Notes: a model not told the origin generated them from the letters alone. Positions 17,176 to 26,889 are shown, counted from the stretch's first letter. The stretch: 55,326 nucleotides of DNA from an uncultured Anaerolineaceae bacterium (GCA_964513155.1 CAZEMA010000004.1:5284-60609), one strand, 5' to 3'. A program made the numbers and translations.

Positions 17176-18288
17176 ATGGCCCAGGAATGTGCCGTAGAAC
17201 TACGCCGGGTGACTAAGCGCTTTGCCGACGTGGCGGCGGTGCGCCACGTGTCTCTCCAGGTGCCGGACGGCGAGTTCTTCTCCCTTCTCGGGCCCAGCGG
17301 TTGCGGCAAGACCACCACGCTTCGCCTGATTGGCGGCTTCGAGATGCCGACGGAGGGCGAGATCTGCATCGGAGGCGAACCCCAGGGATACAAGCCTCCG
17401 TACCAGCGTCCCGTCAACACCGTCTTCCAGAACTACGCGCTGTTTCCACACATGAATGTCTACGAAAACGTAGCCTTCGGTCTGGAGATGCAGAAGGTGC
17501 CCGGTGACGAGGCGCGTCGCCGTGTGGCGGAGGCGCTGGAGATGGTTCGCCTATCCGGTCTTGACAAGAGGAGGCCGAATCAACTCTCAGGTGGCCAGCA
17601 ACAGCGCGTGGCACTCGCCCGAGCACTCGTCAACCATCCGAAGGTGCTTCTGCTGGACGAACCACTCGGGGCGCTTGATCTCAAGCTTCGGAAGGCGATG
17701 CAGCTAGAACTAAAGGCTTTGCAGGAGAGAGTGGGGATCACTTTCGTCTACGTGACTCACGACCAGGAAGAAGCTCTGACGATGTCCGATCGCATCGGCG
17801 TCATGTGTCAAGGAGAGCTGCTGCAAGTGGGGACGGCCCTCGAGGTCTATGAGTCACCCCAGAGCCGTTTTGTGGCGGATTTCATCGGCGACTCCAACTA
17901 CCTGGTAGGGGATGTGCTGTTGGTCGATCAGGGCGTTGCCGAGGTGGCACTGGCCCCGGGTGTTCGAGTGAGGGCGCCCGCAGCCCCCGATGTGCGTCAG
18001 GGAAAGCGGGCCAGCGTCACCTTCCGGCCCGAGAAGATACACATCGATGTGGCGCCTGATCCGGCATCGAACCAGTTGACGTGCGTGGTTACGGATGTGG
18101 TCTACACAGGCTCGAACACAACCTACGTCGTGGCATTTCGGGATGCCCCCCGGATCATGGTTCGTCAGCTCAATGAGGAGGCCTCGGTGGGGCCTGCAGC
18201 TTCTCCTGGTGATCAGGTGATGATCTCCTGGCCAATAGGGGTGAGCAAAGCCTTCCTCGAAGAGGGAGGAGGGGACCGAGCGCGATGA
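17176..18288 (+). CDS. potA: Spermidine/putrescine-type ABC transporter ATPase
   Basis: It has Walker A (GPSGCGKTT), the signature LSGGQQQRVALARAL, Walker B (LLLDEPL) and a C-terminal TOBE-like domain. Confidence 0.9.
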   Translation: MAQECAVELRRVTKRFADVAAVRHVSLQVPDGEFFSLLGPSGCGKTTTLRLIGGFEMPTEGEICIGGEPQGYKPPYQRPVNTVFQNYALFPHMNVYENVAFGLEMQKVPGDEARRRVAEALEMVRLSGLDKRRPNQLSGGQQQRVALARALVNHPKVLLLDEPLGALDLKLRKAMQLELKALQERVGITFVYVTHDQEEALTMSDRIGVMCQGELLQVGTALEVYESPQSRFVADFIGDSNYLVGDVLLVDQGVAEVALAPGVRVRAPAAPDVRQGKRASVTFRPEKIHIDVAPDPASNQLTCVVTDVVYTGSNTTYVVAFRDAPRIMVRQLNEEASVGPAASPGDQVMISWPIGVSKAFLEEGGGDRAR

Positions 18289-19142
18289 TCGAGGCTCTGC
18301 GGCGTCGTCCCGGCCTGAGGGCAGGCGTGTTGATCCTGCCGGCAACAGCCTTCCTCGTAGTGTTCTTTGTGGCGCCGCTCTTCATCGTCCTGGCATACAG
18401 CTTTCTCGAGCGGGGGACGTACGGCGGCGTGGTCTGGGTGTTCACCCTGGAGAACTTCCGCCGCGCTATTGATCCCCTATACCTCAGAACCTTCCTGCGT
18501 TCAGCCTACATTGCAGGCGCGACAACCCTCATCACACTGGTCCTCGGTTATCCCTTCGCCTACTTCATCGCCACTCGCAGGCCCCAAACGCGCAATGTCT
18601 TGCTGCTGGCTTTGATGATCCCGTTTTGGACGAACTTCTTGATTCGGACCTATGCCTGGCTCACGATTCTTCGGACCAACACCGGATTGCTCAACGCGGC
18701 GCTCCTGTCTCTCGGCCTGATCAGGGAGCCACTGCCCCTTTTCGGCAACGACTTTGCCATCCTTCTGGGCCTTGTATATGGCTGGTTTCCCGACATGGTG
18801 CTACCGCTCTTCGCCGCGATCAGCCGTCTCGATTCATCCCTTCTTGAAGCAGCTCGGGATCTCTATGCCGGCAATCGTCAGGTCTTCTTGCGCGTGGTCT
18901 GGCCTCTGACGTTGCCGGGCGTGGCGGCAGGTTCGATCCTCGTGTTCATCCCTTCCCTGGGGGCCTTCATCACCCCGACCCTGCTGGGCGGTGGGAGATC
19001 CCTGATGATTGGCAACATCATCAACAATCAGTTCCTGGCTGCTCACGACTGGCCATTCGGCGCCGCACTTTCGACGATCATGATAGGGATCATGTTGATA
19101 GCGACAATCGGCTACCTCCGTATCGTCCGAAGGCAGGGCTAG
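18285..19142 (+). CDS. potB: ABC transporter permease (PotB-like)
   Basis: There is an ATGA overlap with potA. The protein has six predicted hydrophobic segments and the EAA-loop-like motif LLEAARDLYAG. Confidence 0.85.
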   Translation: MIEALRRRPGLRAGVLILPATAFLVVFFVAPLFIVLAYSFLERGTYGGVVWVFTLENFRRAIDPLYLRTFLRSAYIAGATTLITLVLGYPFAYFIATRRPQTRNVLLLALMIPFWTNFLIRTYAWLTILRTNTGLLNAALLSLGLIREPLPLFGNDFAILLGLVYGWFPDMVLPLFAAISRLDSSLLEAARDLYAGNRQVFLRVVWPLTLPGVAAGSILVFIPSLGAFITPTLLGGGRSLMIGNIINNQFLAAHDWPFGAALSTIMIGIMLIATIGYLRIVRRQG

Positions 19143-20060
19143 GTGGCTCTTCTCGCGCGATCCGTCGGACCGAGGAAGAACGGCGCATACAGCGGGCGCT
19201 GGGGTGCTTTCCGCGCCCGCTTGGGTGGACGCCTGCTATCCGCACATGGCATTGCGCTTTTCGCTTTCCTCTATCTCCCGATCGTGGTCCTTGTCGTCTT
19301 CTCTTTCAACGACTCGCGCTTCTTGGCTCAGTGGGAGGGGGTAACCCTGCGGTGGTACGGCCAACTGCTTGACGACAGTCAAGTCGCCGTAGCTCTCTGG
19401 AATAGCCTCTTCGTCGCCGTGGTCTCCACGCTCATCTCGACGGTCATCGGCACACTGGCGGCGATGGCGATGGAGCGCTATGACTTCAGGGGCAAGCTGG
19501 CCGCGGACATCATGCTCTACCTACCCATCATCCTGCCTGACATCGCTCATGCCATCATGCTGCTGGTCTGGTTCAACATGGTTGGCATCGGTTTCACGCC
19601 CTGGCGGGTAGACCTCTTCGGCCTGCGGCTGGCAGTCCCCTACTCGGTGATCATTGGCCATGCCTCCTTCAACGTTTCTTTCGTCGCCATCATCGTGAGG
19701 GCACGCCTTGCCAACATGGACCGCACGCTTGAAGAGGCGGCTCAGGATCTCTACGCCAACACTTGGCGGACCTTTCGCCGCGTAACACTGCCCATGATGA
19801 TGCCTGGGATCATTGCCGGCGCGCTTCTGGCCTTCACCCTGTCGTTGGACGACTTCGTCATCACTTTCTTCACTAGCGGTGCTGGTTTCAACACGTTGAC
19901 GGTTTACGTGTTTAGTCTGGTCAAGAGAGGGGTCACCCCCAAGATCAATGCCATTTCGACGCTCATGGTGGCTTTCTCGCTCATCCTGGTTCTGATCTCT
20001 CGGATCCTGCAGAAGAGAGGAGGAGGGGAGGGAGGCGAGGTGCCAATCGCGACTTTCTGA
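19143..20060 (+). CDS. potC: ABC transporter permease (PotC-like)
   Basis: A GTG follows immediately after the potB stop. The EAA-like motif is LEEAAQDLYAN. The exact start is uncertain. Confidence 0.8.
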   Translation: MALLARSVGPRKNGAYSGRWGAFRARLGGRLLSAHGIALFAFLYLPIVVLVVFSFNDSRFLAQWEGVTLRWYGQLLDDSQVAVALWNSLFVAVVSTLISTVIGTLAAMAMERYDFRGKLAADIMLYLPIILPDIAHAIMLLVWFNMVGIGFTPWRVDLFGLRLAVPYSVIIGHASFNVSFVAIIVRARLANMDRTLEEAAQDLYANTWRTFRRVTLPMMMPGIIAGALLAFTLSLDDFVITFFTSGAGFNTLTVYVFSLVKRGVTPKINAISTLMVAFSLILVLISRILQKRGGGEGGEVPIATF

Positions 20061-20131
20061 GGGTCCGGGGCTCTCCGCGAGATGGGCTTGTCTATCGCGA
20101 CGGCCCATGAGTTTGACAGAAGGAGGAGAAG

Positions 20132-21226
20132 ATGAAAACGCGTTGGATTGCTCTCGGGGTGCTGACGTCGATGTTCCTCTCGGCGTGCGCTGGCGCCACG
20201 GCGACACCAGAAGTCTTGGCCACAGAGCCTCTCACCATCCAGCCGGCGAGCGAGATACAACTCTTCAACTGGTCGGAGTATATAGACCCCGTGATCTACG
20301 ATCTGTTCAGGCAAGAATACGGGATCACCGTGGTTGAGAGCAACTTCGCCAGCAACGAGGAGATGCTCGCCAAGCTTCAGGGTGGAGGCGCGGGCTATGA
20401 CCTAATCGTCCCTTCAGACTACTATGTCGGCATCATGATCGAAGAGGGGATGCTTGCCGAGCTGGATCACTCCGTGATCACCAACCTGGGTAACCTGGCG
20501 GAGCGCTTCCAGACCGTGCCCTACGATCCGGGGAACAGGTACTGCGTACCCTACCAGTGGGGGACTTCGGGCATAGGCTACGACTCCTCGGTCATGGATG
20601 CGCCCCAGAGCTGGTCTGTGCTCTTCGATCCGGATCCCAATGCTGTCTACTACGGGCGCACAACCATGCTCGACGACCCGCGTGAAGCTTTTGCGGCCGC
20701 GCTCATCTACCTTGGCTACAGCGCCAACACAACGGACGACGCCCAACTGGAAGAGGCCATGCAGGCGCTGATCCGGGCCAAGGCGGCACTCTTGGGCTAC
20801 GATAGCGACCAGTTTGAGGACCTCCTGGCGGCAGGCGAGACCGTCATGGCTCACGGCTGGAACGGGGACATCCTGATGGGGCAAGCAGAGTCCGAGGACA
20901 TTAGTTACACCATCCCCCAAGAGGGCGGTGTGGTGTGGATTGACAACATGTGCATCCCGAACACGGTCCCCCCGGAACGCAAACTCGCAGCCGAGATGTT
21001 CATCAACTTCATCCTCCGGCCCGACATTGGGGCAATGATCTCAGAGTTCACATACTATGCCACTCCCAATGAAGCGGCCGAGGCCTACTTGGATGAGGAG
21101 TTCCTTTCAGACCCAATAGTCTACCCGCCGGCAGATGTGCTCGAGAGGCTTCAGTACATCGAGCCTCTGGGAGAATACGAGTCGGTCTACCAACGGATGT
21201 GGGACGAGGTCAAAGCCGCCCAATAG
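20132..21226 (+). CDS. potD: PotD/PotF-family periplasmic polyamine-binding lipoprotein
   Basis: A GAAGGAGGAG SD lies upstream. The lipobox is FLSACAG. NWSEYIDP...YDLIVPSDYY...PYQWGTSGIGY is typical of the PotD/PotF family. Confidence 0.85.
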   Translation: MKTRWIALGVLTSMFLSACAGATATPEVLATEPLTIQPASEIQLFNWSEYIDPVIYDLFRQEYGITVVESNFASNEEMLAKLQGGGAGYDLIVPSDYYVGIMIEEGMLAELDHSVITNLGNLAERFQTVPYDPGNRYCVPYQWGTSGIGYDSSVMDAPQSWSVLFDPDPNAVYYGRTTMLDDPREAFAAALIYLGYSANTTDDAQLEEAMQALIRAKAALLGYDSDQFEDLLAAGETVMAHGWNGDILMGQAESEDISYTIPQEGGVVWIDNMCIPNTVPPERKLAAEMFINFILRPDIGAMISEFTYYATPNEAAEAYLDEEFLSDPIVYPPADVLERLQYIEPLGEYESVYQRMWDEVKAAQ

Positions 21227-21410
21227 CCCACACCTAAGTGCTTGCCGTCGGTGGACGCGATCTGGTGGGCGCTACCGGGGCCCTTGCTGAGGGACGGCGG
21301 CGCGCCCTTGAATCGATGGGAAACCCGTCGGGGCCTCCAAGCCTCGAAGCTGAACGCACACGGAGCAACAGCCGGACCCGCATCCACGGCTGCGAATGAG
21401 GAGGCACGCA

Positions 21411-22622
21411 ATGAGAACCCTATTGGTCGGCTCAGGAGGTGTTGGCGAGTCCGTCGCGGTTCTTGCCCAAGACCTCCCCTGGCTCAACAGGGTTGTGCTG
21501 GCAGACATCAGCGCCAAGCGGTTGCGCGAGGTTAAGGGGAAGCTCCACAATCCGAAGAAGTTCTCGCTTGAGCCAGTCAACGCCGAGGACAAGAACCAGG
21601 TCGCCGAGCTGGCCAAGAAGCATAAGGTGGACCTGATCCTGAATGCCGTCGATCCTTTGTTCAACGAGAGTATCTTCAACGCCGCCTTCCAGTACGGGTG
21701 CACCTACATGGACTTGGCGATGACGCTCTCATCGCCGCACCCAACCGATCCTTTCCACCAGTGCGGCATCAAGCTCGGTGACTACCAGTTCGAGCGCGCC
21801 CAGAAATGGGAGAAAAGGGGCCTGCTCGCGCTCCCAGGAATGGGCGTGGAGCCCGGCTTGTCTGACGTTTTCGCCAAGTATGCCGAGAAGCACCTCTTCG
21901 ACGAGATCGATGAGATCGGCGTACGTGACGGGGGCAATCTGGAAGTGCGCGGCTATGAGTTCGCCCCCAACTTCTCCATCTGGACCACGATCGAAGAGTG
22001 CCTGAACCCGCCCGTGATCTGGGAGAAGACCCGGGGATGGTACACCACCGAGCCCTTCTCCGAGGTCGAGGTCTTCGATTTCCCGGAGGGTATCGGGCCG
22101 CAGGAGTGCGTCAACGTCGAGCACGAAGAGGTCTTGCTCGTTCCCCGCTGGGTAAAGTGTAAGCGCGTCACCTTCAAGTACGGTCTCGGGGACAGATTCA
22201 TCCGCGTGCTCAAGACACTCAAGATGCTCGGCCTGGACAACAAGCACGCGATCGAGGTCAAGGGCGTCAAGGTCGCCCCGCGCGATGTGGTCGCCGCCTG
22301 TCTGCCAGACCCGGCGCACCTGGGAGACAAGATGTTCGGCCAGACCTGCGCCGGCACCTGGGTGAAGGGCAAGAAGGACGGCAAGCCGCGCCAGGTGTAC
22401 CTGTACCAGGTGGCCGACAACGAGACCTGCATGAAGAAGTACGGCGTTCAGGCTGTGGTCTGGCAGACGGCGGTCAACCCGATCATCGCCATGGAGCTGC
22501 TCGAGACCGGGGTTTGGAAGGGTAAGGGTGTGCTGGGGCCGGAAGCCTTCGACCCGGACCCGTTCCTGGAGCGGATGCCCAAATACGATTTCCCCTACGC
22601 GATCAAGGAGATGGCCCCCTGA
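21411..22622 (+). CDS. Saccharopine-dehydrogenase-family NAD(P) oxidoreductase (paralog 1)
   Basis: A GAGGAGG SD precedes the ATG at 21411. MRTLLVGSGGVGESVA is a Rossmann motif. The protein has long identity blocks with the ORF at 27912-29096 (DVFAKYAEKHLFDEIDEIG..., RGWYTTEPFSE..FDFPEGIGP). Confidence 0.75.
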   Translation: MRTLLVGSGGVGESVAVLAQDLPWLNRVVLADISAKRLREVKGKLHNPKKFSLEPVNAEDKNQVAELAKKHKVDLILNAVDPLFNESIFNAAFQYGCTYMDLAMTLSSPHPTDPFHQCGIKLGDYQFERAQKWEKRGLLALPGMGVEPGLSDVFAKYAEKHLFDEIDEIGVRDGGNLEVRGYEFAPNFSIWTTIEECLNPPVIWEKTRGWYTTEPFSEVEVFDFPEGIGPQECVNVEHEEVLLVPRWVKCKRVTFKYGLGDRFIRVLKTLKMLGLDNKHAIEVKGVKVAPRDVVAACLPDPAHLGDKMFGQTCAGTWVKGKKDGKPRQVYLYQVADNETCMKKYGVQAVVWQTAVNPIIAMELLETGVWKGKGVLGPEAFDPDPFLERMPKYDFPYAIKEMAP

Positions 22623-22733
22623 TCTCCGCCAGGACTGTGTCCGGCCCCGTGAGCCAATGGACCGGGCACAATCCGGGCAGCCTGCGTCCGCGCCCGCTCC
22701 GCCTCAGCAAGTTACGCCCGTCGGGAGCGTTCT

Positions 22734-24092
22734 ATGCCGCAATCCCTGCACGATGCGCTTGAGTACTCGCACCAATGGTTGGGCATTATCAAGAACCCTC
22801 AGGTCTCCCAGGAGGAAGGCAAGCGGATCATCGAAGAGGCGACTCTCAACTTCGCCGAGTACTTCAACAAAGGCTGGCTCGAGTACCGCAAGTCGGTGAC
22901 GGAGGCCGGCGATTGGGCGGCGACCGAGTGGACCGGCCACGGGGCTTCCTTCCAGGATGTGCTCGGGCGCGAATTCATTGACTGCCTCGGCGGCTTCGGG
23001 ATGCTCAATCACGGCTGGAGCCATCCCGAGATCGTGGCCGCCGTCCAGGCCCAGTTGCTGCGGACCCCGATGCCCACCCAGGAGTTGATCGATCCGCTCC
23101 GGGGCGTGCTGGCCCGGTTGATGGCCCAGATCACCCCCGGAGACATCCGCTACAGCTTCTTTGCGGCCAGCGGCACCGAGGCAATCGAAGGGGCGATCAA
23201 GCTGGCCAAGATGCACACCCGCAAGCCCGGCTTCATCGCCGCACTCCAGGCCTTCCATGGCAAGACAATGGGGTCGCTCAGCATGCTCGGCAAGGCCGAG
23301 TACCGTGAGCCTGCGGGGATACTCTATGGCGGCCCGGTCTACCACGTCCCCTTCGGTGACGCCGAGGCGGTCGAGCGGCAACTCGATGCCTGCCGCACGG
23401 TCGGCGTGGGGATCGCGGCGGTGCTGATGGAGCCGATTCAGGGCGAGGCCGGTGCCATCGTACCCCCCGACGATTTCTGGCCCCGCATCCGCCAGGCCAC
23501 CCGCGAGCATGGCGCCCTGCTGATCGCCGACGAGGTTCAGACTGGCCTCGGCCGGACCGGAAAGCTCTGGGGTGTCGATCACTGGCAGGTCGAGCCCGAC
23601 ATCCTGGCCGTGGCCAAGTCGCTCGGCGGCGGGATCATGCCGGTCAGCGCCTTCTGCTCGACCGAGGAGATCTGGCAGTGCATGATGACACCCAACCCGT
23701 TCATTCACACCAACACGACGGGCGGCGGGGCTCTGGCGTGCAGCGCGGCGATCGCCTCGATCCACGTTACGCTGCGCGATCGGCTCTGGGAGCAGGCCGC
23801 CGCCAAGGGTGAGTTCCTGATGCCGAAGCTGCAGGCCCTGGCCGAGCGCTTCCCGGCCGTCTACCGAGGCATCACCGGCAAGGGCCTGCTCATCGGACAG
23901 CACTTCCGGACGCCGCAGATCGGCTATCGCGTCGCCGCCGGATTGTTCCGGCGCGGCATCCTGGTCTCGGGCAATCTCACCAGCGCCCACACCGTGCGGA
24001 TCGAGCCCCCGCTGGTGATCACCTACGAGCAGCTTGAGGCCGTGCTGGACCGCCTGGAGGACGCCGTGGCGGAGGTCCATCGGAGCCTGTGA
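22734..24092 (+). CDS. Class-III PLP aminotransferase, putrescine-aminotransferase-like
   Basis: The N-terminus (AEYFNKGWLEYRKSV...) resembles PatA/YgjG. DEVQTGLGRTGKLWG and AKSLGGG (Schiff-base Lys region) are also present. Confidence 0.75.
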   Translation: MPQSLHDALEYSHQWLGIIKNPQVSQEEGKRIIEEATLNFAEYFNKGWLEYRKSVTEAGDWAATEWTGHGASFQDVLGREFIDCLGGFGMLNHGWSHPEIVAAVQAQLLRTPMPTQELIDPLRGVLARLMAQITPGDIRYSFFAASGTEAIEGAIKLAKMHTRKPGFIAALQAFHGKTMGSLSMLGKAEYREPAGILYGGPVYHVPFGDAEAVERQLDACRTVGVGIAAVLMEPIQGEAGAIVPPDDFWPRIRQATREHGALLIADEVQTGLGRTGKLWGVDHWQVEPDILAVAKSLGGGIMPVSAFCSTEEIWQCMMTPNPFIHTNTTGGGALACSAAIASIHVTLRDRLWEQAAAKGEFLMPKLQALAERFPAVYRGITGKGLLIGQHFRTPQIGYRVAAGLFRRGILVSGNLTSAHTVRIEPPLVITYEQLEAVLDRLEDAVAEVHRSL

Positions 24093-24176
24093 GGCCCGGC
24101 CGCAGGCAAGCCCAGCCGCAACCTTTCTCCCAGGGGATCCGCCGGCAGCGCTTTGGTCAGATGAATGGAGGCTTGT

Positions 24177-25493
24177 ATGAACAAGGGTGATCAGAGACTG
24201 AGCGGCGACGAAATCGTCCGTCTCAATCGCCAGCATGTCTTCTTCTCGTGGTCCGTCCAGAACAGCGTCGATCCGATCCCAGTCGTCGGCGGTGAGGGCA
24301 TCACCTACTGGGACGCCCGAGGCAAGCGCTACCTGGATTTCTCCTCCCAGCTGATGAACCTGAACATCGGCTACCAGCATCCCAAGGTCGTGGCTGCGAT
24401 CCAGGAGCAGGCCGCCCGGCTGTGTGCCGCCCACCCCGGTGCCGCCCACGAGCCAAAGGCCGTCCTGGGCCAGCGCGTCGCCGAGGTCACGCCGGGAGAC
24501 CTCAACAAGGTCTTCTTCACTCTGGGCGGGGCCGAGGCCAACGAGAACGCCATCAAGTTCGCCCGCCAGTACACCGGCCGTCAGAAGATCCTGGCCCGCT
24601 ATATCTCCTACCACGGGGCCACCTACGGCGCCATCAGCCTGAGCGGCGACTACCGCCGACCGCCGGTCGAGCCGGGCATTCCTGGGGTCATCCACACCTT
24701 CGATCCTTACTGCTACCGCTGCGTCTTCGGCCAGAAGCCGGAGACCTGCCACCGCGAGTGCATTACCCACATCGAGCAGATGATCCAGTACGAGAACCCG
24801 GACACAGTCGCCGCCTTGATCATGGAAGGCGTCACTGGCTCGAACGGCATCCTCGTGCCCCCGGATGACTACTGGCCCCGCCTGCGAGAGATCACCCGCA
24901 AGTACGGGATCCTGCTGATCTCCGACGAGGTCATGACCGGCTTCGGCCGCACCGGCAAGTGGTTCGCCGTGGACCACTGGAACGTCGTCCCGGACATCAT
25001 GACCATCGCTAAGGGGCTGACCTCCGGCTATCTCCCGCTCGGCGCCGTGGTCGTCTCCGATCCGATCGCCGAATACTTCGAAGACAAGATGCTCTACATG
25101 GGGCTGACCTACTTCGGCCACCCGATGTCGTGTGCGGCCGGCATCGCCACCTTGGATGTGTATGAGCAGGAGAACCTGATCGAGAACAGCCGGCGGATGG
25201 GAGAAGTCCTGGCTGCGGAGCTGGCCCGGATGAAAGCCGAGCACCCGGCCATCGGCGACGTGCGGTCGATCGGACTCTTCTCTGCCATCGAGCTGGTCAG
25301 GGATCGGGAGGGGCGTGAGCCTATGGGCCCGGACGTGATGAACGCGATCAAGTCCCGCCTGCTGGCCGAGGGACTGACAACCTTCATCAACAAGAACATG
25401 GTCTTCGTTTGCCCGCCACTGATCATCACCCAGGACGAGTTGCTGGCCGGATTGGCGATCATCGAGCGGGCGATCGCCGCCGAGGCGGGGTAG
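24177..25493 (+). CDS. Class-III PLP aminotransferase (omega-amino acid:pyruvate type)
   Basis: The ATG at 24177 follows a GGAGG. DEVMTGFGRTGKWFA and IAKGLTSGYLPLG are class-III aminotransferase motifs. Confidence 0.8.
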   Translation: MNKGDQRLSGDEIVRLNRQHVFFSWSVQNSVDPIPVVGGEGITYWDARGKRYLDFSSQLMNLNIGYQHPKVVAAIQEQAARLCAAHPGAAHEPKAVLGQRVAEVTPGDLNKVFFTLGGAEANENAIKFARQYTGRQKILARYISYHGATYGAISLSGDYRRPPVEPGIPGVIHTFDPYCYRCVFGQKPETCHRECITHIEQMIQYENPDTVAALIMEGVTGSNGILVPPDDYWPRLREITRKYGILLISDEVMTGFGRTGKWFAVDHWNVVPDIMTIAKGLTSGYLPLGAVVVSDPIAEYFEDKMLYMGLTYFGHPMSCAAGIATLDVYEQENLIENSRRMGEVLAAELARMKAEHPAIGDVRSIGLFSAIELVRDREGREPMGPDVMNAIKSRLLAEGLTTFINKNMVFVCPPLIITQDELLAGLAIIERAIAAEAG

Positions 25494-25495
25494 GG

Positions 25496-25544
25496 TTCTC
25501 TTCCGACTTCCGAAGTCCTTTGGACTTCGGAAGTCGGAAGAGAA
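25496..25544 (+). terminator. Perfect 23-bp stem / 3-nt loop hairpin between aminotransferase genes
   Basis: ttctcttccgacttccgaagtcc-ttt-ggacttcggaagtcggaagagaa starts 3 nt after the TAG at 25491-25493. Confidence 0.5.
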
Positions 25545-25578
25545 GGACATCTCAAGCCACATCGGAGGTCAAGCACGC

Positions 25579-26889
25579 ATGAGCCGCGACCTGGATCTGA
25601 CCAAGACCCGCGCCCTGTTTGAGCGCGCCCGACAAGTCATGCCCTGGGGCGTCAGCTCGAACTTCCGCTACTGCGGGGACGATACGCCGGTGATCTCCCG
25701 GGGCCAGGGCGCCTACGTCTGGGATGCCGACGGCAACCGCTTCATCGACTACCGCCTCGCCTTCGGGCCGATCATCCTTGGGCACGCCGACCCACGCGTC
25801 AACCGGCGGGTGCACCAGGCAATCGACGACGGGACGCTCTTCGCCCACACCCACGCCCTCGAGGTTGAGCTGGCCGAGAAGATCGTCCGGATGTGCCCCG
25901 GCGTCGAGATGGTCCGATTCGCCAACTCGGGCACCGAGGCGACCATGCATGCCCTACGCATCGCCCGGGCCCACACCAACCGGGAGAAGATCATCAAGTT
26001 CGAGGGAACCTACCACGGATTCCATGACTACGTCCTCTGGTCGACGGCCTACACCGCCTACGGATCGATCGGCTCGCGGCGCAGCCCGACGGCCGTCTCG
26101 AACTCCTCCGGGATCCCCGCCTGTCTACGTGATCTGGTGATCATGCTGCCCTTCAACGAGTTCGAGATGCTGGACAAGACGGTCCGGGCCCGCTGGGGCG
26201 AGATCGCCGCCATCATCGTCGAGCCGATCGCCGCCAACATGACCAGCATCCTGCCGGAGCCTGGCTGGCTGGAGCACATCCGCCGCCTGTGCGACGAGTT
26301 CGGCATCGTCATGATCGTTGACGAGGTCAAGACCGGGTTTCGCATCGCCCGCGGTGGCGCCACCGAGTACTTCGGCGTCAAAGGCGACCTGATGACCTAC
26401 GCCAAGTCGCTGGCCAACGGTTACCCCCTGGCGGCCATCGGCGGCTCGAAAGAAGTCATGAGCGTGATCGAGCCCGGCCGCATGGCCCACGGCGGCACGT
26501 ACTGCGGCAATGCCGCCGGTGTGGCAGCCGCCCTGGCCACGCTGGAGGTGATCGAGACCACCGACGCCCTAAAGACCGTCGCTGCCCGAGGCAAGCGCCT
26601 GATGGAAGGGATCGATGAGATCCTGACCGAGGCCGGTCTCGAGCACGCCCTGACCGGCGTGCCGGCCATGTTCTCATTCGTACTCGGCCTCTCACATCCG
26701 CCCCGTGAATACCGCGACCTGCAGGCGGTGGACGTGGAGCACTACAAGGCCCTCCAGACCGGCATGCGCGCCCGCGGGGTGGAGTACGAACGTGACGCCA
26801 AGGAGCCGTGGTTCGTGTGTGAGGCCCATTCCGAGGCAGACGTCGAAGTCACTCTCTCCGCACTGGCCGAAGCAGTGAAGGAGGCCTAG
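25579..26889 (+). CDS. Class-III PLP aminotransferase, glutamate-1-semialdehyde-aminomutase-like
   Basis: A GGAGG SD lies upstream. FANSGTEATMHALRIAR, DEVKTGFRIARGG and YAKSLANGYPL form the HemL-like subfamily pattern. Confidence 0.8.
   Translation: MSRDLDLTKTRALFERARQVMPWGVSSNFRYCGDDTPVISRGQGAYVWDADGNRFIDYRLAFGPIILGHADPRVNRRVHQAIDDGTLFAHTHALEVELAEKIVRMCPGVEMVRFANSGTEATMHALRIARAHTNREKIIKFEGTYHGFHDYVLWSTAYTAYGSIGSRRSPTAVSNSSGIPACLRDLVIMLPFNEFEMLDKTVRARWGEIAAIIVEPIAANMTSILPEPGWLEHIRRLCDEFGIVMIVDEVKTGFRIARGGATEYFGVKGDLMTYAKSLANGYPLAAIGGSKEVMSVIEPGRMAHGGTYCGNAAGVAAALATLEVIETTDALKTVAARGKRLMEGIDEILTEAGLEHALTGVPAMFSFVLGLSHPPREYRDLQAVDVEHYKALQTGMRARGVEYERDAKEPWFVCEAHSEADVEVTLSALAEAVKEA

Noticed and set aside
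22704-25562. A 952-aa minus-strand ORF. Similar long antisense ORFs are 5034-6617 (-), 9550-10764 (+), 28044-29321 (-), 29513-30469 (-), 32047-33060 (-), 33070-34041 (-), 40982-42136 (-), 43504-44397 (-), 48737-49741 (+), 51499-52587 (-) and 16236-17018 (-).
   Set aside because: All lie antisense to ORFs with clear family motifs. They have R/G/P/A/D/H-rich low-complexity translations with no motifs or SD sites. These are typical stop-codon-poor shadow frames of high-GC DNA.
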